Positions 53,343 to 64,000 of a stretch of 64,000 bases of DNA are shown in pieces (position 1 is the first letter of the stretch; each line of letters starts with the position of its first letter). The stretch lies in NCBI RefSeq assembly GCF_009914755.1, contig NC_060948.1; one strand, given 5' to 3'. The DNA is from the human T2T-CHM13v2.0 reference genome, Homo sapiens. The position numbers and the translations under genes were made by a program. The notes under the pieces were generated by a model, which worked only from the letters and a program-made list of their open reading frames with translations, was not told the origin of the DNA and searched no databases.

Positions 53343-56300
53343 ATGGAGGGTTATGGAACGGACTCCAAAGGAATTGAATGTAATAGAATGGAGTGGAGTG
53401 GACTCGAATATAATGGACTGGAATGGAATGGAATCACATGGAATGGGAACGAATGGAATGGAATGGAAAGGAATGGAATCGAATGGAAAGGAATCAAATG
53501 GAAGGGAATGAAATTGAATCAACAGGAATGGAAGGGAATAGAATAGACTGTAATGGAATGGACTCGAATAGAATGGACACGAATGCTCAAATTGGATGGA
53601 CTCGAATGGAATGGAAACGAAAGGAATGTCATCGAATGGAATTGAATCGATTGGAATGAAATGGCATAGAATGGAGTGGAATGAAATGGAATTGAATCGA
53701 AAGGAAAGGAAGCGAATGGACTGAAATGAAATGGAATGGAATTGAATGGAAAGTAATGCAATGGAATAGAATGGAACGAAATTTCACGGAATGGAATCAA
53801 AACAATGGAATATAATCAAATGGAATGGAATGGAATGGAAAGGAATTGAATGGAATAGATTGGATAGGAAAGGATTGGAATGCAATGGAATGGAAAGGAC
53901 TCGAATTTCATGAAACGGAATGGAATGAATTGGAATGGAATGGACTCGAATGGAATGGAATGTCATGGAATGGCATCAAATGGAATGGAATCAAATGGAA
54001 TGGCATCGAATGCAATGTAATGTTATGGAATGGAATGGAATGTATTGGAATGGAATGTCCTCTAATGGAATGGATTCGAGTGGAATGGAATCGAATATAA
54101 TGGAGTCGAATGAAATGGAATTGAAAGGAATGGGATCGAATAGAATGGAATATACTGGAATGTAATGTAATGAATTCGAATGTAATTGACTGGAATGGAA
54201 TGTACATGAATGGAATGTAATCGAATGGAAAGTAATCCAATGAAATAGAATCTAATGCAATAAAACCGACTCAAATGGAATAGAATGTAATGGAATGGAG
54301 TGCAGTGCAATGGAATGGAATGGAATGGAATGCAATGGAGTGGAATGGAATGGAATGGGATGGAATGGTATGGAATGGATAGTAAAGGACTGGAGTGAAA
54401 TGGACTGTAAAGGAATGGACTCCAATTGAAAGGGCTCGAAAGGAATGGAGTCAAATGGAATGGTCTGGAATGGAATGAACTCGAATGTAATGCAATCCAA
54501 TAGAATGGAATCGAATGGAATGGAATATAAAGAAATGGAATCGACGAGAATGGAAACAGATGGAATGGAATTGAAAGGAATGGAATTGAATGGAATGGGC
54601 ACGAATGGAATGAAATTGTATGGAATAGAAGAGAATAGAATGGAATGCAATGGATAAGAAAGGAATGGATTGGAATGGAAGGGAATGTAGTGTAATGGAC
54701 TGGCATGGAATAAACTGGAATGCTACGGTCTCAAATGGAATAAAAATGTATGGAATGGAATGCCATGAAACGGAATCGAATGTCATAGAATGTAATGGAA
54801 TGCAAAGAAATGGACTCCAAAATCATTGACTGGAAAGGCTGGGTGTCGAAAGGAATTGACTCCAATGGAATGGAATCGAATGGAATGGAAGTGAATAGAA
54901 TCGAACTAAATCGAATGGAATGGAATTGATAGGAACGGAATGGAAAGGAATGGAATGATTTGGCATGGAATGGAATCGAATGGACTCGAATGGAATGGAA
55001 TGGAATGCAATGGAATGGAATGTATTAGAATGTAGTGAACTTTAATGGAATGAACTCGAATGGATTCGACTGGAATGGAATGTTCTGGAAGTGAATGGAC
55101 TCCAATGGAATGGATTCAAAAGGAATGGAATCGAAGGGAATGGAATCTAATGGAATGGAATTAAATGGAAATGAATCAAATCGAATAGCACGGAATTGAA
55201 CTGAATGGAATCGAATGCAATGGAATCTAATGAAACGGAAAGGAAAGGAATGGAATGGCATGGAATGGGCTGGAATGGAATGGAATCGAAACGAATGGAA
55301 TGGAATCGAACTGAAGAGACTGGAATGGAATGCACTGGCATGGAAGGGATTTTAATGGAACGTTCTTCAAAAGACTGGAATCGAATGGAATGGAATTGAA
55401 TGGAACGGATATAGAGTGAAATGGAATTGAATGTAATGGAATGGAGTAGAGTGAAATGGAATCGAGTCACTAGGATTGGACAGGAATAGAACGGTCTCGA
55501 ATTGAATGGAATCGTATGGAATGGAATTCAACGGAATGGAATGGACAGCCACGGAATGGAATGCACTCGAATGCAATGGACTCGAAACTAATGGACTGGA
55601 ATCGAATGGAATGGAATCGAACGGAATGGAATCGAAGTGAAAAGAGTGCAATGGAAAGGTCTCGAATGGAATGGAAATTAATGGAATGGAATGGAATCGA
55701 ATGAAATGGAGTCAAAAGGAATGGAATCGAATGGCAAGAAATCGAATGTAATGGAATCACAAGGAATGGATGTGAACGGAACGGAATGGAATGGAATCAA
55801 AAGGAATGGAATCGAATGGAATGGACTCGAATGGAAATGACTAGCATAGAATGGAATTCAACAAAATAGAATCAAATGTAATGGAATGGAATGGAAAGGA
55901 ATCGAAACGAAAGGACTGGAGACAGATGGAATGGAATGGAACAGAGAGCAATGGTATATAATGGAATGGAATCATATGGAATGGAATTGAATGGAATGGA
56001 ATAATATGAAATGGAATGGAAAGGAATGGAATGCACTTGAATTAAATGGACTGGAATGGAATGGACTCGAACGGAGTGGAATGGAAAGGATTGAAATAGA
56101 ATGGAATGGACTCCTTTGGAATGGTCTAGTATGCAATGCAAACGACTGGCAGGGAATCAAAAGGGATGTAATCGAATGGATTGGACTGGAATACAATGGA
56201 CTCGAATACATTGGAAACGGAATGCAATGGAATGGAATGGAATAGTATGGAATGGAACGGAAAGGAATGAAGTAGAATGGACTAGAGTGGAATGGAATGG

Positions 56301-56822
56301 ACTCGAAAGCAATGGACTGGAATGGAACGATCTTGAATGGACCGGAATCAAACGGAACGGAATGCAATGCAAGGCAATCAAATGGAATGGAATAAAAGAG
56401 AATGAAAGAGAATCAAATGGAATTGAATCGAATGGAATCGAACGGATTGGAAAGGAATAGAATGGAATGGAATGGAATTGACTCAAATGGAATGGACTAG
56501 AACGGAATGGAGTCCAATGCAAGGCAAAGGAATGGAATCTATTGGAATGGACTGTAATGGAATGGCATGGAAGGGATTGGAATGGACTCGAATGGAAAGG
56601 ACTGCAATAGAAAGGATTCGAATGGAATGAAAAAGAATTGAATGGAATAGAACAGAATGGAATCAAATCGAATGAAATGGAATGGAATAGAAAGGAATGG
56701 AATGAAATGGAATGGAAAGGATTCAAATGGAATGCAATCGAATGGAATGCAATCGAATGGAATGGAATCGAACGGAATGGAATAAAATGGAAGGAAACTG
56801 GCAAGAAATGGAATCGAAATGA
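53343..56822 (+). repeat. Unit U16, 3480 bp, chimeric (15-bp and 40-bp deletions)
   Basis: Landmark spacing 53343 to 56823; junctions at ~53800 and ~55610; 3535-15-40=3480. Confidence 0.88.
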
Positions 56823-59800
56823 ATGGAGTGTTATGGAACGGACTCCAAAGGAATTGAATGTAATAGAATGGAGTGGAGTGGACTCGAATATAATGGACTG
56901 GAATGGAATGGAATCACATGGAATGGGAACGAATGGAATGGAATGGAAAGGAATGGAATCGAATGGAAAGGAATCAAATGGAAGGGAATGAAATTGAATC
57001 AACAGGAATGGAAGGGAATAGAATAGACTGTAATGGAATGGACTCGAATAGAATGGACACGAATGCTCAAATTGGATGGACTCGAATGGAATGGAAACGA
57101 ATGGAATGTCATCCAATGGAATTGAATCGATTGGAATGAAATGGCATAGAATGGAGTGGAATGAAATGGAATTGAATCGAAAGGAAAGGAAGCGAATGGA
57201 CTGAAATGAAATGGAATGGAATTGAATGGAAAGTAATGCAATGCAATAGAATGGAACGAAATTTCACGGAATGGAATCAAACAGAATGGAATCAAATCAA
57301 TGGAATATAATCAAATGGAATGGAATGGAATGGAAAGGAATGGAATGGAATAGATTGGATAGGAAGGGATTGGAATGCAATGGAATGGAAAGGACTCGAA
57401 TTTCATGAAACGGAATGGAATGAATTGGAATGGAATGGACTCGAATGGAATGGAATGTCATGGAATGGCATCAAATGGAATGGAATCAAATGGAATGGCA
57501 TCGAATGCAATGGAATGTTATGGAATGGAATGGAATGTATTGGAATGGAATGTCCTCTAATGGAATGGATTCGAGTGGAATGGAATCGAATATAATGGAG
57601 TCGAATGAAATGGAATTGAAAGGAATGGGATCGAATAGAATGGAATATACTGGAATGTAATGTAATGAAGTCGAATGTAATTGACTGGAATGGAATGTAC
57701 ATGAATGGAATGTAATCGAATGGAAAGTAATCCAATGAAATAGAATCTAATGCAATAAAACCGACTCAAATGGAATAGAATGTAATGGAATGGAGTGCAG
57801 TGCAATGGAATGGAATGGAATGGAATGCAATGGAGTGGAATGGAATGGAATGGGATGGAATGGTATGGAATGGATAGTAAAGGACTGGAGTGAAATGGAC
57901 TGTAAAGGAATGGACTCCAATTGAAAGGGCTCGAAAGGAATGGAGTCAAATGGAATGGTCTGGAATGGAATGAACTCGAATGTAATGCAATCCAATAGAA
58001 TGGAATCGAATGGAATGGAATATAAAGAAATGGAATCGACGAGAATGGAAACAGATGGAATGGAATTGAAAGGAATGGAATTGAATGGAATGGGCACGAA
58101 TGGAATGAAATTGTATGGAATAGAAGAGAATAGAATGGAATGCAATGGATAAGAAAGGAATGGATTGGAATGGAAGGGAATGTAGTGTAATGGACTGGCA
58201 TGGAATAAACTGGAATGCTACGGTCTCAAATGGAATAAAAATGTATGGAATGGAATGCCATGAAACGGAATCGAACGTCATAGAATGTAATGGAATGCAA
58301 AAAAATGGACTCCAAAATCATTGACTGGAAAGGCTGGGTGTCGAAAGGAATTGACTCCAATGGAATGGAATCGAATGGAATGGAAGTGAATAGAATCGAA
58401 CTAAATCGAATGGAATGGAATTGATAGGAACGCAATGGAAAGGAATGGAATGATTTGGCATGGAATGGAATCGAATGGACTCGAATGGAATGGAATGGAA
58501 TGCAATGGAATGGAATGTATTAGAATGTAGTGAACTTTAATGGAATGAACTCGAATGGATTCGACTGGAATGGAAGGTTCTGGAAGTGAATGGACTGAAA
58601 TGGAATGGATTCAAAAGGAATGGAATCGAAGGGAATGGAATCTAATGGAATGGAATTAAATGGAAAGGAATCAAATCGAATAGCACGGAATTGAACTGAA
58701 TGGAATCGAATGCAATGGAATCTAATGAAACGGAAAGGAAAGGAATGGAATGGGATGGAATGGGCTGGAATGGAATGGAATCGAAACGAATGGAATGGAA
58801 TTGAACTGAAGAGACTGGAATGGAATGCACTGGCATGGAAGGGATTTTAATGGAACGTTCTTGAAAAGACTGGAATCGAATGGAATGGAATTGAATGGAA
58901 CGGATATAGAGTCAAATGGAATTGCATGGAATGGAATGGAGTAGAGTGAAATGGAATCGAGTCAATAGGAATGGACAGGAATAGAACGGTCTCGAATTGA
59001 ATGGAATCGTATGGAATGGAATTCAACGGAATGGAATGGACAGCCACGGAATGGAATGCACTCGAATGCAATGGACTCGAAACTAATGGACTGGAATCGA
59101 ATGGAATGGAATCGAACGGAATGGAATCGAAGTGAAAAGAGTGCAATGGAAAGGTCTCGAATGGAATGGAAATTAATGGAATGGAATGGAATCGAATGAA
59201 ATGGAGTCAAAAGGAATGGAATCGAATGGCAAGAAATCGAATGTAATGGAATCACAAGGAATGGATGTGAACGGAACGGAATGGAATGGAATCAAAAGGA
59301 ATGGAATTGAATGGAATGGACTCGAATGGAAATGACTAGCATAGAATGGAATTCAACAAAATAGAATCAAATGTAATGGAATGGAATGGAAAGGAATCGA
59401 AACGAAAGGAATGGAGACAGATGGAATGGAATGGAACAGAGAGCAATGGTATATAATGGAATGGAATCATATGGAATGGAATTGAATGGAATGGAATAAT
59501 ATGAAATGGAATGGAAAGGAATGGAATGCACTTGAATTAAATGGACTGGAATGGAATGGACTCGAACGGAGTGGAATGGAAAGGATTGAAATAGAATGGA
59601 ATGGACTCCTTTGGAATGGTCTAGTATGCAATGCAAACGACTGGCAGGGAATCAAAAGGGATGTAATCGAATGGATTGGACTGGAATACAATGGACTCGA
59701 ATACATTGGAAACGGAATGCAATGGAATGGAATGGAATAGTATGGAATGGAACGGAAAGGAATGAAGTAGAATGGACTAGAGTGGAATGGAATGGACTCG

Positions 59801-60317
59801 AAAGCAATGGACTGGAATGGAACGATCTTGAATGGACCGGAATCAAACGGAACGGAATGCAATGCAAGGCAATCAAATGGAATGGAATAAAAGAGAATGA
59901 AAGAGAATCAAATGGAATTGAATCGAATGGAATCGAACGGATTGGAAAGGAATAGAATGGAATGGAATGGAATTGACTCAAATGGAATGGACTAGAACGG
60001 AATGGAGTCCAATGCAAGGCAAAGGAATGGAATCTATTGGAATGGACTGTAATGGAATGGCATGGAAGGGATTGGAATGGACTCGAATGGAAAGGACTGC
60101 AATAGAAAGGATTCGAATGGAATGAAAAAGAATTGAATGGAATAGAACAGAATGGAATCAAATCGAATGAAATGGAATGGAATAGAAAGGAATGGAATGA
60201 AATGGAATGGAAAGGATTCAAATGGAATGCAATCGAATGGAATGCAATCGAATGGAATGGAATCGAACGGAATGGAATAAAATGGAAGGAAACTGGCAAG
60301 AAATGGAATCGAAATGA
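56823..60317 (+). repeat. Unit U17, 3495 bp (40-bp deletion, right-flank subtype)
   Basis: Landmark spacing 56823 to 60318; deletion junction ~59105. Confidence 0.9.
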
Positions 60318-63300
60318 ATGGAGTGTTATGGAACGGACTCCAAAGGAATTGAATGTAATAGAATGGAGTGGAGTGGACTCGAATATAATGGACTGGAATG
60401 GAATGGAATCACATGGAATGGGAACGAATGGAATGGAATGGAAAGGAATGGAATCGAATGGAAAGGAATCAAATGGAAGGGAATGAAATTGAATCAACAG
60501 GAATGGAAGGGAATAGAATAGACTGTAATGGAATGGACTCGAATAGAATGGACACGAATGCTCAAATTGGATGGAGTCGAATGGAATGGAAACGAACGGA
60601 ATGTCATCGAATGGAATTGAATCGATTGGAATGAAATGGCATAGAATGGAGTGGAATGAAATGGAATTGAATCGAAAGGAAAGGAAGCGAATGGACTGAA
60701 ATGAAATGGAATGGAATTGAATGGAAAGTAATGCAATGCAATAGAATGGAACGAAATTTCACGGAATGGAATCAAACAGAATGGAATCAAATCAATGGAA
60801 TATAATCAAATGGAATGGAATGGAATGGAAAGGAATGGAATGGAATAGATTGGATAGGAAGGGATTGGAATGCAATGGAATGGAAAGGACTCGAATTTCA
60901 TGAAACGGAATGGAATGAATTGGAATGGAATGGACTCGAATGGAATGGAATGTCATGGAATGGCATAGAATGGAATGGAATCAAATGGAATGGCATCGAA
61001 TGCAATGGAATGTTATGGAATGGAATGGAATGTATTGGAATGGAATGTCCTCTAATGGAATGGATTCGAGTGGAATGGAATCGAATATAATGGAGTCGAA
61101 TGAAATGGAATTGAAAGGAATGGGATCGAATAGAATGGAATATACTGGAATGTAATGTAATGAAGTCGAATGTAATTGACTGGAATGGAATGTACATGAA
61201 TGGAATGTAATCGAATGGAAAGTAATCCAATGAAATAGAATCTAATGCAATAAAACCGACTCAAATGGAACAGAATGTAATGGAATGGAGTGCAGTGCAA
61301 TGGAATGGAATGGAATGGAATGCAATGGAGTGGAATGGAATGGAATGGGATGGAATGGTATGGAATGGATAGTAAAGGACTGGAGTGAAATGGACTGTAA
61401 AGGAATGGACTCCAATTGAAAGGGCTCGAAAGGAATGGAGTCAAATGGAATGGTCTGGAATGGAATGAACTCGAATGTAATGCAATCCAATAGAATGGAA
61501 TCGAATGGAATGGAATATAAAGAAATGGAATCGACGAGAATGGAAACAGATGGAATGGAATTGAAAGGAATGGAATTGAATGGAATGGGCACGAATGGAA
61601 TGAAATTGTATGGAATAGAAGAGAATAGAATGGAATGCAATGGATAAGAAAGGAATGGATTGGAATGGAAGGGAATGTAGTGTAATGGACTGGCATGGAA
61701 TAAACTGGAATGCTACGGTCTCAAATGGAATAAAAATGTATGGAATGGAATGCCATGAAACGGAATCGAATGTCATAGAATGTAATGGAATGTAAAGAAA
61801 TGGACTCCAAAATCATTGACTGGAAAGGCTGGGTGTCGAAAGGAATTGACTCCAATAGAATGGAATCGAATGGAATGGAAGTGAATAGAATCGAACTAAA
61901 TCGAATGGAATGGAATTGACAGGAACGGAATGGAAAGGAATGGAATGATTTGGCATGAAATGGAATCGAATGGACTCGAATGGAATTGAATGGAATGCAA
62001 TGGAATGGAATGTATTAGAATGTAGAAACTTTAATGGAATGAACTCGAATGGATTCGACTGGAATGGAATGTTCTGGAAGTGAATGGACTCCAATGGAAT
62101 GGAATCAAAATGAATGGAATCGAAGGGAATGGAATCTAATGGAATGGAATTAAATGGAAAGGAATCAAATCGAATAGCACGGAATTGAACTGAATGGAAT
62201 CGAATGCAATGGAATCTAATGAAACGGAAAGGAAAGGAATGGAATGGCATGGAATGGGCTGGAATGGAATGGAATCGAAACGAATGGAATGGAATCGAAC
62301 TGAAGAGACTGGAATGGAATGCACTGGCATGGAAGGGATTTTAATGGAACGTTTTTGAAAAGACTGGAATCGAATGGAATGGAATTGAATGGAACGGATA
62401 TAGAGTCAAATGGAATTGAATGGAATGGAATGGAGTAGAGTGAAATGGAATCGAGTCACTAGGAATGGACAGGAATAGAACGGTCTCGAATTGAATGGAA
62501 TCGTATGGAATGGAATTCAACGGAATGGAATGGACAGCCACGGAATGGAATGGACAGCCACGGAATGGAATGCACTCGAATGCAATGGACTCGAAACTAA
62601 TGGACTGGAATCGAATGGACTCGACTGGTATGGACTCCAATGGAATGGAATCGAATGGAATGGAATCCAACAGAATGGACTCGAAGTGAAAAGAGTGCAA
62701 TGGAAAGGTCTCGAATGGAATGGAAATTAATGGAATGGAATGGAATCGAATGAAATGGAGTCAAAAGGAATGGAATCGAATGGCAAGAAATCGAATGTAA
62801 TGGAATCACAAGGAATGGATGTGAACGGAACGGAATGGAATGGAATCAAAAGGAATGGAATCGAATGGAATGGACTCGAATGGACATGACTCGAATAGAA
62901 TGGAATTCAACAAAATAGAATCAAATGTAATGGAATGGAATGGAAAGGAATCGAAACGAAAGGAATGGAGACAGATGGAATGGAATGGAACAGAGAGCAA
63001 TGGTATAGAATGGAATGGAATCATATGGAATGGAATTGAATGGAATGGAATAATATGAAATGGAATGGAAAGGAATGGAATGCACTTGAATTAAATGGAC
63101 TGGAATGGAATGGACTCGAACGGAGTGGAATGGAAAGGATTGAAATAGAATGGAATGGACTCCTTTGGAATGGTCTAGTAGGCCATGCAAACGACTGTCA
63201 GGGAATCAAAAGGAATGTAATCGAATGGATTGGACTGGAATACAATGGACTCGAATACATTGGAAACGGAATGCAATGGAATGGAATGGAATAGTATGGA

Positions 63301-63871
63301 ATGGAACGGAAAGGAATGAAGTAGAATGGACTAGAGTGGAAAGGAATGGACTCGAAAGCAATGGACTGGAATGGAACGATCTTGAATGGACCGGAATCAA
63401 ACGGAACGGAATGCAATGCAAGGCAATCAAATGGAATGGAATAAAAGAGAATGAAAGAGAATCAAATGGAATTGAATCGAATGGAATCGAACGGATTGGA
63501 AAGGAATAGAATGGAATGGAATGGAATTGACTCAAATGGAATGGACTAGAACGGAATGGAGTCCAATGCAAGGCAAAGGAATGGAATCTATTGGAATGGA
63601 CTGTAATGGAATGGCATGGAAGGGATTGGAATGGACTCGAATGGAAAGGACTGCAATAGAAAGGATTCGAATGGAATGAAAAAGAATTGAATGGAATAGA
63701 ACAGAATGGAATCAAATCGAATGAAATGGAATGGAATAGAAAGGAATGGAATGAAATGGAATGGAAAGGATTCAAATGGAATGCAATCGAATGGAATGCA
63801 ATCGAATGGAATGGAATCGAACGGAATGGAATAAAATGGAAGGAAACTGGCAAGAAATGGAATCGAAATGA
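60318..63871 (+). repeat. Unit U18, 3554 bp (20-bp duplication, 1-bp deletion, right-flank subtype)
   Basis: Landmark spacing 60318 to 63872; duplication at 62521-62560; tgtagaaacttt at 62021; 3535+20-1=3554. Confidence 0.9.
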
Positions 63872-64000
63872 ATGGAGTGTTATGGAACGGACTCCAAAGG
63901 AATTGAATGTAATAGAATGGAGTGGAGTGGACTCGAATATAATGGACTGGAATGGAATGGAATCACATGGAATGGGAACGAATGGAATGGAATGGAAAGG

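Larger units (their letters stand above)
1..64000 (+). repeat. DYZ1: Human Satellite III (HSat3) array of degenerate (GGAAT)n pentamers, most likely DYZ1 of Yq12 heterochromatin; runs off both window edges
   Basis: GGAAT and its variants (CGAAT, GGACT, GCAAT, GGAAA) run end to end in one orientation, with a ~3.5 kb higher-order period. The minus strand from 1641 reads CCTGTCCATTACACTACATTCCCTTCCATTCCAATGAATTCC, matching the start of the DYZ1 HaeIII fragment as I recall it. HSat3 is certain; the DYZ1/Y assignment rests on recall. Confidence 0.93.

Noticed and set aside
27-63853. Hundreds of ORFs (MEWNG-rich on +, FHSIP-rich on -, up to 319 aa)
   Set aside because: They are direct translations of (GGAAT)n/(ATTCC)n, which has no stop codon in the pure repeat. 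They overlap in all frames, recur with each unit and show no domain-like sequence.
1-64000. CRISPR-like or other repeat-spacer system
   Set aside because: There are no unique spacers and no cas-like genes; all variation is degenerate pentamer copied at the 3.5-kb period.
1-64000. DYZ2/HSat1B blocks, Alu or L1 insertions, or inversions
   Set aside because: I saw no AT-rich or Alu-like tract, poly(A) tail or target-site duplication, and no switch to CATTC on the + strand.
1-64000. HSat2 or alpha satellite assignment
   Set aside because: It lacks a 171-bp monomer and the dominant CATTCGATTC/GATGAT pattern of HSat2; GGAAT runs predominate.
1-64000. Specific non-coding transcript (Sat III or Yq12 testis RNA) encoded here
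   Set aside because: Such RNAs are reported for this repeat class, but no boundaries or locus assignment can be read from this sequence.

Overview
The whole 64 kb window is one uninterrupted, single-orientation array of human Satellite III: degenerate (GGAAT)n on the + strand, (ATTCC)n on the - strand. It is organised as about 18 tandem higher-order units of 3480-3560 bp. The unit size and the segment at 1596-1657 (reverse complement CCTGTCCATTACACTACATTCCCTTCCATTCCAATGAATTCC, cut at a HaeIII GGCC site) match my recollection of the Y-specific DYZ1 repeat of Yq12 heterochromatin; this needs an alignment to confirm. I see no genes, mobile elements, RNA genes or CRISPR arrays, and every ORF in the track is a translation of the pentamer repeat. 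I did not find a new gene-based system. The notable structure is in the array itself: (i) three sub-family layers joined through chimeric units near 5.65 kb and 54-55 kb; (ii) a 7080-bp two-unit super-repeat present about three times; (iii) indels that are nearly all multiples of 5 bp; (iv) loss of the diagnostic HaeIII site over about 58 kb; (v) two perfect heat-shock-element consensus matches in most units. All comparisons were made by eye, using the ORF-track coordinates as landmarks.
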